A stretch of DNA of 64,000 nucleotides, taken from the NCBI GenBank assembly GCA_038204425.1, contig JBBRCZ010000001.1, forward strand, positions 256,001 to 320,000, written 5' to 3'. Both the position numbers and the translations under genes were made by a program. This document shows positions 28,508 to 38,580 of this stretch, one piece after another. Positions within the stretch are counted from its first letter, which is position 1; the number at the start of each line of letters is the position of its first letter. Below the pieces are notes generated by a model, which was given only the letters and a program-made list of their open reading frames with translations, was not told the origin of the DNA and searched no databases. The stretch is from Spirochaetia bacterium. Its GTDB lineage: Bacteria > Spirochaetota > Spirochaetia > DSM-27196 > Salinispiraceae.

Positions 28508-30868
28508 GTGGTAGTTTTAATGTCAAATGAGAGTGATGAGAGCCTAAGTTTAATATTTAGACAAATTCTTAACGATGTTAGTTTTCCCGTGCTCTTGATT
28601 GATCGTCTTACTAAAATTCGATCTTGCAATCCTATAAGTGCAGAATTTCTTAATTGCGAACCTGGGCAACTTGTGGGACGACAATTTGAAGACTTTCTCA
28701 ATGCCGATTCCCACAGGATTTTTCTCGATGCTATGCAGGTTCTAAGTGTAGACAATACTTCAAAACGGGATCTTATGTTGCAAACCAAACTGCTTGGTGA
28801 CAAGCATCATTGGCTAGAAGTGCGGCTCGCACGCATTCGCACAAGTTCACCAAACTCAATCTTTTACATGATTCTGCACGACGTTTCGCCGTTTATGGAC
28901 CTCAATCAACAACTTAGAGAAGAAAAAGACATTGCAGAACAAGCAACGCGTTCGAAGTCAAGTTTTTTGGCAAACATGAGTCATGAAATTCGAACACCGA
29001 TCCATACCATCACCGGTATGACCGAGCTTCTAATTGAAACAAAACTCGATGACGAACAACAAGAGTATGTCAAGCAAATTAGCTTTGCGGCAGAAGTTCT
29101 CTTGAGCCTAATTAATGATATACTGGATTTTTCTAAGATTGAAGCAGGCAAACTTAATCTAGAGCTGATTCGATTTGATATGCAAAAGGTAACTGAAGAC
29201 GCCCTAGATATGCAGAGCTTAGAAGCGTTCAAAAAAGGCTTGGAAGTAATTCTAGATATTCGCACCAGACTTCCCAACAATTTTCTCGGAGATCCATCCC
29301 GAATCCGCCAGGTTATAACCAATCTTTTGTCCAATTCAATTAAGTTTACCAAAGAAGGGCAGGTACAGCTAATCGTTGAGTATATTGCTCAGACAGCGAT
29401 TCTGCGCCTAGAAATTGTTGACTCAGGAATTGGAATTCCTGAAGCAAAGAAGGATCTTTTGTTTCAATCTTTTAGTCAAGTTGACGCCTCCACCACGCGC
29501 AAATTTGGGGGGACAGGACTCGGCCTGTCAATTTGCAAGAGTCTAGTTCAGATGATGCAAGGGAGCATAGGCATCGAAAGTAAGGTTCAACAGGGTTCAG
29601 TCTTTTGGTTTGAACTTCCATGTCCTCCGGAGTCTTTTATTGCACCAGCGCCTCATTCTGATTTTCGTTTAGACGGTTTGGCAATCTTATTGTTAGACGA
29701 TAATGCAATTGTGCGCTCTTACATTAAAGCAAATATAGAAGCGCTGGGGGGCAAAGTTACCGAATCATCATCAGCAATGGATGGGCTAAATATACTGAGA
29801 GAAAACCACAATAAGCCAAGCAAGATTCATCTCGTCCTGGTTGACCTCGATATGCCAGGCATGGATGCTTGGCAATTTGCAAGTGAAGTCAACAATGACA
29901 AGTCAATTAATGAAGTTCGTTTGATACTTCTCAATCCTCCAGGCAAAATGGCCGGCGAGGCCAAAATGAAGCTTCTCAATTGGTTTGATGCCTACATCTC
30001 AAAACCAGTCAAGGTTAAAGAGCTAATAGAAACGCTAAGAAAAACGCTTTCAATCAAACTGGACTTGAGACCAAATGATGATGACGTGAGTTCTGAACAT
30101 AGCGATCAAAAAAATGACCAAGGCTCCAATCGGGAGCCTCTGCTAGTAGCTAACAAATATTTGGCCGCCAGAATCTTGGTGGCTGAAGATCATTTTGTAA
30201 ATCAAAAACTCTTCGTAACGATGCTTAATAGTTTGGGTTGTCAAACCAGTTTGGCTTCGGATGGCAAGCAGGCATACGAAAAAGCATGCGCTGACAATCC
30301 GGACCTGATATTTATGGATGTGCAAATGCCGGTCCTTGATGGCTATGAAGCGACTAAACTACTGCGTCAGTTTGGCTACTCAAATCCAATCGTAGCCGTA
30401 ACAGCCAACGCGCTAAAAGGAGACATTGATAGATGTTTGCAGTCTGGCATGGATGACTATCTTGCCAAACCGTTTCAAAAAAAAGACCTTCAAAACCTGA
30501 TCGTAAAATGGACTAAACGAAACCTTGCAGTTTTTGACACCAATAAAGCACTTGATGCATTTGTTGGCGACAAGGCAACTCTAATGAACGTCCTAAAGAC
30601 GTATCTAGAAGAAAGTCCCGAAAGCATTTTGAGTCTAATGGCGCATATTGAGGCAAAGAACTATCCAGCAGCTGCATCAATAGCGCATCGCTTTAAGGGT
30701 TCTGCCCTAAGCATTGCCGCCGATGCTCTCGGCACAAGTGCTGGACTATTGGAATCAGCATTGCTTTCCAAAGACATCGAAATCTTCAACCTTTCATCGC
30801 TATCTCAAGCATTGCAGCGTGACTGGGACAGTTTTGTTAGAAAAGCAAGCCAGTTTATGATCGGCTGA
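28508..30868 (+). CDS. Cytoplasmic hybrid histidine kinase (PAS-HisKA-HATPase-REC-REC-HPt)
   Basis: SHEIRTP, NSIKFT, DSGIGI, GGTGLGL, two DxxMP receiver domains, AHRFKGSA HPt; no TM segment. Confidence 0.93.
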   Translation: MVVLMSNESDESLSLIFRQILNDVSFPVLLIDRLTKIRSCNPISAEFLNCEPGQLVGRQFEDFLNADSHRIFLDAMQVLSVDNTSKRDLMLQTKLLGDKHHWLEVRLARIRTSSPNSIFYMILHDVSPFMDLNQQLREEKDIAEQATRSKSSFLANMSHEIRTPIHTITGMTELLIETKLDDEQQEYVKQISFAAEVLLSLINDILDFSKIEAGKLNLELIRFDMQKVTEDALDMQSLEAFKKGLEVILDIRTRLPNNFLGDPSRIRQVITNLLSNSIKFTKEGQVQLIVEYIAQTAILRLEIVDSGIGIPEAKKDLLFQSFSQVDASTTRKFGGTGLGLSICKSLVQMMQGSIGIESKVQQGSVFWFELPCPPESFIAPAPHSDFRLDGLAILLLDDNAIVRSYIKANIEALGGKVTESSSAMDGLNILRENHNKPSKIHLVLVDLDMPGMDAWQFASEVNNDKSINEVRLILLNPPGKMAGEAKMKLLNWFDAYISKPVKVKELIETLRKTLSIKLDLRPNDDDVSSEHSDQKNDQGSNREPLLVANKYLAARILVAEDHFVNQKLFVTMLNSLGCQTSLASDGKQAYEKACADNPDLIFMDVQMPVLDGYEATKLLRQFGYSNPIVAVTANALKGDIDRCLQSGMDDYLAKPFQKKDLQNLIVKWTKRNLAVFDTNKALDAFVGDKATLMNVLKTYLEESPESILSLMAHIEAKNYPAAASIAHRFKGSALSIAADALGTSAGLLESALLSKDIEIFNLSSLSQALQRDWDSFVRKASQFMIG

Positions 30869-32084
30869 GTTCCTTTTTGATGAGCTCAACAGCTTCTATA
30901 ACATTTTGGCGATGGTTAAAGGCAGAGAAACGCGCATATCCCTGACCACTCTGCCCAAAACCTACTCCTGGTGTACAAACTACGCCCTGGTTGTTTAATA
31001 ATCGGTCAAAAAACTGCCAAGAATCCATGCCCGTGTCAAACCAAACGTAGGGTGAGTCAAGACCACCACTAACCTTGTATCCGAGATCAGAAATAGTCTT
31101 CCTTATGATCAAGGCATTTTCTAGGTAGTAATCACACAATGCCTTGCTTTCAACTTTTCCTTTTGCCGAAAATACAGCACCTGCTGCTTTTTGAACAGGA
31201 TAAGAAACGCCGTTAAACTTAGTTGTGTGTCTTCGGTTCCACATTTCATGCAAAGATTGAGCATTTCCTGATTCATCATATACTTTAACTTCTTTTGGAA
31301 TGACTGTGTAAGCAAGACGTGTTCCAGTGAACCCAGCTGACTTGGACAAGCTCCTAAACTCGACCGCAACTTCCCGAGCACCTTCTATCTCAAAAATACT
31401 GTGCGGCAACGCAGGATCTCGTATAAAAGCTTCATAGGCTGCATCAAAAAGAATAAGTGCTTTATGTTGATGCGCATACTCCACCCATTTTTTGAGATCG
31501 TCCTTGCTTGCGCAAGCTCCAGTTGGATTGTTGGGGAAACATAAATATATTAGATCGACGGCGTGATTGGGTGGTGACGGCACGAATCCATTTTCTGGAT
31601 TAGAATCCAGGTAGGTCAATCCTTGGTAACGACCGTCCACAAATGTTCCCGTGCGGCCGGCCATGACATTGGTGTCTACATAGACGGGATAAACCGGATC
31701 AGGAACGGCTATGCGAATGTCTTGAGAAAAGAGCTCCTGAAAATTGCCCGTATCACACTTAGCACCGTCAGAAACAAAAACTTCTTCTGCAGAAACCTTA
31801 GCTCCCTTTGATACAAAATCGCTTTCTGCAATAAGTTCTCTTAAAAAGGAGTAACCTTGTTCAGGGCCATAACCTTTAAATGTTTCATCAGCAGCCATTT
31901 CATCGACTCCCTCGTGAAACGCCTTTATTATTGCTGGTGAAAGCGCCCGCGTAACATCGCCAATGCCAAGCCGAATAAGCGGCTTTTGTGGATTGTTTGT
32001 TTGAAAATCTTTTACTTTCTTGGCAACCGTAGAAAAAAGATAAGAAGATTGAAGTTTTTGGTAGTTTGGATTAACACGAATCAA
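30855..32084 (-). CDS. dapL: LL-diaminopimelate aminotransferase
   Basis: SYLF, LGIGDVT, GYGPEQGY, SDGAKCD, PNNPTG, SLSKSAGFTG; AGGAG SD before TTG. Confidence 0.95.
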   Translation of the reverse strand: MIRVNPNYQKLQSSYLFSTVAKKVKDFQTNNPQKPLIRLGIGDVTRALSPAIIKAFHEGVDEMAADETFKGYGPEQGYSFLRELIAESDFVSKGAKVSAEEVFVSDGAKCDTGNFQELFSQDIRIAVPDPVYPVYVDTNVMAGRTGTFVDGRYQGLTYLDSNPENGFVPSPPNHAVDLIYLCFPNNPTGACASKDDLKKWVEYAHQHKALILFDAAYEAFIRDPALPHSIFEIEGAREVAVEFRSLSKSAGFTGTRLAYTVIPKEVKVYDESGNAQSLHEMWNRRHTTKFNGVSYPVQKAAGAVFSAKGKVESKALCDYYLENALIIRKTISDLGYKVSGGLDSPYVWFDTGMDSWQFFDRLLNNQGVVCTPGVGFGQSGQGYARFSAFNHRQNVIEAVELIKKELSRS

Positions 32085-32123
32085 GTCAGACTCCTCTTGG
32101 TAACAATCTGCTTGAACTATGTA

Positions 32124-34142
32124 TCACCAATCGATCTTTTTTTCCAGCGCTATACCGGCTTGACCATAAGAATCTGTTGGATAAAATTTAAAGCTCGCGC
32201 TCCCCAAAAAATCTTCTTCAATTACAAGTTCTATTTTTAGTCTTATGGGAGGATTAGTACCGAGTAAGACAAGAACTTCTCCATCCTCAAGATATTTTAC
32301 TGGAAAGTTGCAGTAGAGAATTTGAGTGGTCTCGCCAGTAACATTAATTGTTAGTTCAATTTTCGCAAGCTGCTGATTGGCGTCAATTTGAAATACCCGT
32401 CTTTTGCGACCCAGAAAGACAGAGTCGGCAAAAGTTACACTCACATCAGTGCTTTGCAATTCACTAGTGTTTTGCTCAATAGTCCAAGGCTTGCCAGGGA
32501 ACCAAGATTGCGGCAGAACCAAAAATGACAGACAGCTTGCCAAGATAAAGAAAATTAGAACTGTCGTAAACTTAATCAGGCTGGGGTGTTTACTTCGATG
32601 CAGTGGAAATATTCTTGAGAGCCTTTGTATTTGAAATAGATGCGGCAGGATAAATAAACTTGCTACTAGGCTAGAAGTCAAATGCTTACTGTGAGCCGCA
32701 GCGTCAGTAGTCCCTTGACCGTAACCTGACAAGGTCACAAGCAAAAGTGTGATTGCAGAAAGAAGTGACAATAACAAAAAAAGCAATTTTAAACGCCTGC
32801 TTCTTAAAAAGACAACCGCAACCATCAATAGAGAAGGAACTAGTGCAATGATAGTTAAAGTGATGTTAATAATCGCCATGAGCAGTAAAGACAGATTAGT
32901 GAAGACTAAAGCGTTAACAGATAGAAATGCGGAGTTCCTCGGGATCACTGTTTCAAATTTGTCGAGAAGAAACAGGCTCAGAACCACGCTAGACAATATG
33001 ATGCTTGAAGTCCAAAGAATTGACCAACCCGTCAGTCCCTCAAATATTGGCAGCACTAGGGCGATACCAAACCAAGCGATACTAAAATAAAGTAAAGTGA
33101 CTAACAGACTTGCACTTAGATCTCTAAAAAAAACAAAGAAATACTGACTTCTGCTGCTTGCAGTAAACAGGAAGAGCATCTGCAAAAAAAAGAATAGAAT
33201 TAAGGTTACAACCAAGTCAAACTCTCGGACAACGAAGATTTGGTTCAAAAAAATTAACGGAACAAAATTCTTTTCAGCATAGTCAATTGCGCCGTCCTGT
33301 GTGTAGTTTTTATTTGACCAAGCTTCCACAAGTCCTACGTAATTAGCAATGCCTTGAGCCGTGTTGAGTGTTGAACTTAAAGGGTCTTCACTAACGGCTA
33401 TTGCAGCAAGTCTCTCATCAAGATAGCGCCCTAACCTTAGATCGTTTCCAAAACCGAGCATGGCCAAAAGAGTGTCACGGCTATCCACCGATAGACTTAG
33501 ATCATTTTCTTTGGCGATGGAGACTATGCTTTGAAAGAGTTCATAAGGGCTTTGTCTATTTTGAGAAGTATAAAAGAGTTTAAAACCGCTGCGAAACGAG
33601 GCAAAAGAAAGCACTATAATCTGTTCGTCTTTTCTAACGTTGGTATTTCTTAAATAGATCAAAGCAGAATTTCCAGGCTGAACTACAGACGCATCGCCCA
33701 ATACGACGACTTCAATAGTGTTCAACTGTGTACGCTCTTTAAACTTCTCAATAATTGATTTCAACAAGAGGACGTTTATATTTGGGTCAAACTGCCTCAA
33801 CGGAACAGCGACTGGCATTGAAATGGGAACTATTAATCTAAGTTTATGCGCCAATCTGCCTGCAATTTGGATCGACAGAATGGACGAAAATGAATGAAAC
33901 TCGCCTTCGCTACTGATAGCGGTCCTTTTTACAGGATAGCCTTGCTGCATTGCATATCTTTCAATTTCGTCTATTTGGGATAATTCTTCGGCTGTTCCGC
34001 CATAAGGCAAGCTATTTTGTTCATCATCTACAGCGTATTTCTCGGAACTGGACATATTATCGCTTGCGAGAACTAAATATCCTTGTGAGAACATAACAAG
34101 TATGGCTATAATGACGACAGTCTTAAGTGTTCGAGAGTTCAT
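32124..34142 (-). CDS. Polytopic membrane protein with a large exported N-terminal domain
   Basis: Signal segment, ~280-aa soluble domain, ~8-9 TM helices, soluble tail. Start set to ATG 34142 from the promoter position. Confidence 0.7.
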   Translation of the reverse strand: MNSRTLKTVVIIAILVMFSQGYLVLASDNMSSSEKYAVDDEQNSLPYGGTAEELSQIDEIERYAMQQGYPVKRTAISSEGEFHSFSSILSIQIAGRLAHKLRLIVPISMPVAVPLRQFDPNINVLLLKSIIEKFKERTQLNTIEVVVLGDASVVQPGNSALIYLRNTNVRKDEQIIVLSFASFRSGFKLFYTSQNRQSPYELFQSIVSIAKENDLSLSVDSRDTLLAMLGFGNDLRLGRYLDERLAAIAVSEDPLSSTLNTAQGIANYVGLVEAWSNKNYTQDGAIDYAEKNFVPLIFLNQIFVVREFDLVVTLILFFFLQMLFLFTASSRSQYFFVFFRDLSASLLVTLLYFSIAWFGIALVLPIFEGLTGWSILWTSSIILSSVVLSLFLLDKFETVIPRNSAFLSVNALVFTNLSLLLMAIINITLTIIALVPSLLMVAVVFLRSRRLKLLFLLLSLLSAITLLLVTLSGYGQGTTDAAAHSKHLTSSLVASLFILPHLFQIQRLSRIFPLHRSKHPSLIKFTTVLIFFILASCLSFLVLPQSWFPGKPWTIEQNTSELQSTDVSVTFADSVFLGRKRRVFQIDANQQLAKIELTINVTGETTQILYCNFPVKYLEDGEVLVLLGTNPPIRLKIELVIEEDFLGSASFKFYPTDSYGQAGIALEKKIDW

Positions 34143-34151
34143 GTCAGATTT

Positions 34152-34180
34152 AAGATAGGTTAGTGGTCGTTGAAGGTCAA
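34152..34180 (-). promoter_or_regulatory. Sigma70-type promoter (short or no leader)
   Basis: TTGACC-N17-TATCTT, then 9 nt to ATG 34142. Confidence 0.6.
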
Positions 34181-34195
34181 GCACGGGAGGTACTC

Positions 34196-34705
34196 TTGTC
34201 GTTGATGCCAGAAATATCGCAAAGATACTCTTGCAAACTCTTCAAAAAAACTCCAATTGACAGCGCCTCGATCAAGTCACTATTAGAATCTGCGCGTAGC
34301 GCCCCGTCAGCAAAAAATCGCCAAGCATGGCGGTTCGTGGCGGTAAGCAGGATTGATCTTCTGGAAAAAATAACTGTTGCATGTTATGGACAGGATCAAG
34401 TTGAATCTGCGCCACTAATCATCGCTTGTGGAACCACCAACCTTGACTACCGGATGCCCAATGGACAACTCTCTTATCCTATTGATCTCGGCTTGGCAGG
34501 TGGTTTTATATTACTTCAAGCTGCACATTTAGGATTAGGTAGTTGCGCAATTACAACATTTGACGAAGAGCAAGTCAAAAGAATCATCACCATGCCCAGC
34601 CTGATGAAGATAGTTATGTTAGTTGCAGTCGGGCAGGCTGATGATGAACCTCCGCTTAGAAGTCGCCTGCCATTTAGTCGCGTTTGTGCCGAAAACCATT
34701 GGTAG
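34196..34705 (+). CDS. Nitroreductase family protein
   Basis: RYSCK, APSAKNRQAWRF, LQAAHLGLGSC. GGAGG at 34186-34190, so the start is 34196-34205. Confidence 0.9.
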   Translation: MSLMPEISQRYSCKLFKKTPIDSASIKSLLESARSAPSAKNRQAWRFVAVSRIDLLEKITVACYGQDQVESAPLIIACGTTNLDYRMPNGQLSYPIDLGLAGGFILLQAAHLGLGSCAITTFDEEQVKRIITMPSLMKIVMLVAVGQADDEPPLRSRLPFSRVCAENHW

Positions 34706-34728
34706 CGTTTATCGAATCACCCATGGTA

Positions 34729-35847
34729 CTAAGTGTTACTGTAGGCAAGACTATTCTTCTGAATGAACTCTTTCTTACCCAGGTCAAGTAAAGTGTCGAG
34801 CAAATCACTATACGACAAGCCAGAGGCCTGACACATCATTGGGTACATACTAACGTTGGTAAAGCCCGGCATAGTGTTGATTTCATTGAGCAGCAGCTGT
34901 CCGGTCTTTTTGTCCAAGAAAAAATCCACTCGAGAAAGACCTCGTGCTTCGCAAAGCTGGTAAGCTTTTATTGCAATATCGCGAACCAAATCTATTTGAT
35001 CCTGGTCGATAGCAGCTGGTATTTGAAACCGCGCACCATCGGGATCAAGATATTTAGCATCATAGTCATAATACTCGTGTTGAGGGACAATTTCACCGGG
35101 CAAAAATGCTTGTAAGGTGTCATTTCCTAACACTGCGACTTCTATTTCTCGGGCGTCGATGCCGGGCTCGATGAGAACCTTATTGTCAAATTTAAATGCA
35201 AGTTCCAATGCTGGCAAAAACTCTGCTTCATTGAGCACTCGACTAATTCCAACTGAAGAGCCGCCCCGCGATGGTTTAACAAATACTGGCACAGTATAGA
35301 TTGTTAGTATTTGCTGCCAGAGCTGATGACTTTGTTTGGCATCAAACAAACTCTTCTCAAGTGATCTAAAAGGAACCACTGGTAGACCGGCTTGCATCCA
35401 AACCCGTTTGACTTTTTCTTTGTCCATGCCAAGCGAACTTCCCAAGACTCCTGAGCCAACATAAGGCAGCTCTAGCAATTCTAACAGGCCCTGGATGGTT
35501 CCATCTTCGCCAAAACTGCCATGCAAGACCGGAAAAACAACCTCACACGCTATAGAAATAAGTTGGTCTTTTTCTTGATAGACGAATCCTTGGCCTGGGA
35601 TGAGCAAAATAGCCTTGCCACCTTGGATCTTTAGTTCAGCACCCTGGCGGACTTCCTCTATCAGCGATTGAGTCTGTAGTATCCAGTTTCCGTCTTTATC
35701 AATTGCAATTAGACAGAGCCGATTTGAGGGTGTCCTAAGGTGCCTAATGACACTGGCAGCCGAACGAAGAGAAACCTCGTGCTCACCGCTGCGCCCGCCG
35801 TAAACAATAATAGTTTTCTTGTCATGATCGTGAGGTAATGTGACCAC
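34729..35847 (-). CDS. ddl: D-alanine--D-alanine ligase
   Basis: GGRSGEHEVS, HGSFGEDG, YDYDAKY, NEINTMPG. Confidence 0.96.
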   Translation of the reverse strand: MVTLPHDHDKKTIIVYGGRSGEHEVSLRSAASVIRHLRTPSNRLCLIAIDKDGNWILQTQSLIEEVRQGAELKIQGGKAILLIPGQGFVYQEKDQLISIACEVVFPVLHGSFGEDGTIQGLLELLELPYVGSGVLGSSLGMDKEKVKRVWMQAGLPVVPFRSLEKSLFDAKQSHQLWQQILTIYTVPVFVKPSRGGSSVGISRVLNEAEFLPALELAFKFDNKVLIEPGIDAREIEVAVLGNDTLQAFLPGEIVPQHEYYDYDAKYLDPDGARFQIPAAIDQDQIDLVRDIAIKAYQLCEARGLSRVDFFLDKKTGQLLLNEINTMPGFTNVSMYPMMCQASGLSYSDLLDTLLDLGKKEFIQKNSLAYSNT

Positions 35848-35865
35848 CGTTTATTCCTTAATAAT

Positions 35866-37470
35866 TTAATTTTTGAAGCCCATAGAGAGCAACACTTCTC
35901 GCACTTGTGTCTCTTCGTCCCAAGGCATTTTTCTGTCGCCCACAACTATACTTCGCTCGTGACCCTTGCCCAAAAAGGCGACTGTATCTCCGACCTGAGC
36001 GATGCCCAACGCTTTCTCAATTGCCAAGCGCCGGTTTGGTATGCACTCAATTGGAATATCCTTTGAGAATAGCCTGGCGCCGGCTTTGATTTGATCAATG
36101 ATTGCCAGCTCGTCTTCCAATCTGGGGTCTTCATTGGTTAAAACTAAAACCTGCCCATACTGCGCCGCGAGACTGCCCAGCATTGGTCGCTTTTCTTTGT
36201 CTCGTTCACCAGCAGATCCAAATACGATTATCAGTCGATTCTTGCAGACTGCAGCAATTTGAGGGAGAATTTTGGCAAACGAACCAGGGGTATGGGCGTA
36301 GTCAATCAAAACAGTATAGGGCTGTCCCAGCTTAACCGGAACTAAACGGCCTTTTACTCCAACGAGGCTGGGCAAAAACTTGACTAAATTTGAAACTGAA
36401 CAGTTGAGACACTGAGAAGCCAAGACCAGTGCTGCACAAACGTTTTCTACATTGAAAGCACCCGGAAAACCTATGCTACAATTTTTAATTGTGCTTTGAC
36501 CTATGCACAGGTCAAACTGAACTGCATCAGGGCTCTGTACAATGTTAATGGCTCTCAGATAGGCATCAGGTAGAGTAGGTTGTTTGGTGAGATTTAGCTC
36601 GCTCTCGTATAGTAAAATATTTTGGGCCTGAAGATGATCAGAACTCGTCTGATAAAACCACTCTGCTTGAGAGTCACCCCTATTAATTACGGCTTTTGGA
36701 CTTGGAAAGTTGCACGCTAAATTGGCTTGTAGTTTTCTAAAAAGATTTCCTTTGTCATTACGGTAGTTTTCATAAGTACCGTGAAACTCGAGATGCTCGT
36801 GGCTTAGGTTAGTAAAGGCTGCCGCCTGAAAAGCAATCTCCTGAAGTCTAGCGGTTTTTTCTGATAGACCGTGCGACGTTGATTCCATAACTACATGGCT
36901 AAGCTGCTCGTCTCTCATTCTCGCTAGGATAGAAAAAAGCTCTAAAGGTTCTGGCGTAGATTGCCTTAAATCATTGTCCAAAACGTTGCCACCGTAAGAA
37001 ATGGCAACTGTCGAAAAAAAACCTGCCTTAATACCGGCTTTGATCAATAACTGCCAGGTAAAAAAAACTGTACTGGACTTTCCGTCAGTTCCAGTTACTC
37101 CAACCATTACAAGCTCGTCTTGAGGTCTGCCAAACCACTGTGACGCTGCATAGCTTAGGGCTTCTCGTGTATGTTTTACTCTTACACAACAGGTTCGGTG
37201 ATGTAGACAAAGCGCGATTGTTTCCGGTGCCAGTTCAAGTTCATGTACAATAGCTGATGCGCCTGCCTTGACCATTTCAGGTATCTGCAAGTGACTGTCA
37301 TGGTGGTCGCCAACAATAGCAAAAAAAACATTTCCAGTCCTAATTTTCCTGCTGTCTGCACAAAGACCAGTAATTGATATTTTGTCTAAGTCTAGGCCAT
37401 GCAAGCCAAAGTTTGACTCGGAGCAATTCGCGTAGTGACCAAGGACATATTTAAGATTTTCTCGAGACAT
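35866..37470 (-). CDS. murE: MurE tripeptide synthetase
   Basis: GVTGTDGKSS, STSHGL, DYAHTP, NEDPR, GKGHE. Confidence 0.93.
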   Translation of the reverse strand: MSRENLKYVLGHYANCSESNFGLHGLDLDKISITGLCADSRKIRTGNVFFAIVGDHHDSHLQIPEMVKAGASAIVHELELAPETIALCLHHRTCCVRVKHTREALSYAASQWFGRPQDELVMVGVTGTDGKSSTVFFTWQLLIKAGIKAGFFSTVAISYGGNVLDNDLRQSTPEPLELFSILARMRDEQLSHVVMESTSHGLSEKTARLQEIAFQAAAFTNLSHEHLEFHGTYENYRNDKGNLFRKLQANLACNFPSPKAVINRGDSQAEWFYQTSSDHLQAQNILLYESELNLTKQPTLPDAYLRAINIVQSPDAVQFDLCIGQSTIKNCSIGFPGAFNVENVCAALVLASQCLNCSVSNLVKFLPSLVGVKGRLVPVKLGQPYTVLIDYAHTPGSFAKILPQIAAVCKNRLIIVFGSAGERDKEKRPMLGSLAAQYGQVLVLTNEDPRLEDELAIIDQIKAGARLFSKDIPIECIPNRRLAIEKALGIAQVGDTVAFLGKGHERSIVVGDRKMPWDEETQVREVLLSMGFKN

Positions 37471-37560
37471 ATAACTGTATTAAAACCTATTCTTTGGCTT
37501 GAAACAACAAGTGAAGAGCGCCTACAAAGAATTATTGTTGGCACCCTTCAATCGCAATTT

Positions 37561-38580
37561 TTATCTACCGCTGACACTATACAAGTAGCGGAAGTAGTCA
37601 GAGTCAGTTGACATTGTCTTATCAAAATTAGCGAGCGTCTTTCTATACGACTCCATTGCACGCCAAAACTGGAAGAAGTCAGAATCCTGCCGATAGGCAT
37701 CAGAATAAATGCGAGAAGCACGAGCATCTGCTGTACCTTTGATGGTTTCTGATTGACGATAAGCATCAGAAAGAATGTTTTTAACTTCATTCTCCATTTG
37801 ACCTTCAAGTTCCTTCTTGCGACCTTCACCGACCGATCTATATGCCTGAGCAATTCTATTTCGTTCTGAAATCATACGATCATAAACGTTTTGAGTTACT
37901 TGATCGGAGTAGCGAATTTGTCTTACCAAAACATCTATCAACTCAATTCCCAAAGTATCAAGTATCGTTTTAGCTGAGTCATACATACGAAGGCTCAAGT
38001 TTCGGCGGCCTTCAGCAGAAGTTAGGTTTTGGTATCGTTCTGCTGTATCAATTAGATTTTTCAACTCTTTGGTCACCAAAGAAGTCTCGTCACCTGATTC
38101 AGCAGTAACCAAATTGCCAGTTGCGTAGTTGCTCTCATTGATGATGTTGGAGCTCCGGACTACCGCACTCAAAGAGTTTTCTGCTACAACCGTACGTACG
38201 GCTGATTCGAGAACTGCCGTTAGTCTAGAATTAGCGCTCTCAATTGAAATTAGCTTGGAATAGAATACCTTAGGGTCTTTAATACGCCATCGTGCAGTGC
38301 TATCAACCCAAACCTCCTGTTTTTCAGAGGTGAGCATTTTGAGCGGATCGCCATCCCAGTTAATAATCTTTCTTGTATAAATGGATACCGTGTCAATAAA
38401 TGGGAGCTTAAATCCAATTCCCGCATCTTGCCTAACGTCAACTATTTGACCAAAACGAACAATAATTGCTTGTTGACCTTCAGTGAGGATAAAAAATGGG
38501 CCAAAAAAGATTAACACGACTGCCAGGATTACAACTGTCACCAAAAGTGCGACTAGTCTATTTCTTTGGACGAGTGTCAT
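37561..38580 (-). CDS. hflC: FtsH modulator HflC
   Basis: N-terminal TM, SPFH domain, RMISER, FWRAMESY. Confidence 0.93.
   Translation of the reverse strand: MTLVQRNRLVALLVTVVILAVVLIFFGPFFILTEGQQAIIVRFGQIVDVRQDAGIGFKLPFIDTVSIYTRKIINWDGDPLKMLTSEKQEVWVDSTARWRIKDPKVFYSKLISIESANSRLTAVLESAVRTVVAENSLSAVVRSSNIINESNYATGNLVTAESGDETSLVTKELKNLIDTAERYQNLTSAEGRRNLSLRMYDSAKTILDTLGIELIDVLVRQIRYSDQVTQNVYDRMISERNRIAQAYRSVGEGRKKELEGQMENEVKNILSDAYRQSETIKGTADARASRIYSDAYRQDSDFFQFWRAMESYRKTLANFDKTMSTDSDYFRYLYSVSGR

Noticed and set aside
28438..28803. 121-aa minus-strand ORF, and the other short nested ORFs in the track
   Set aside because: They are antisense or out of frame within well-supported genes and have no independent evidence.
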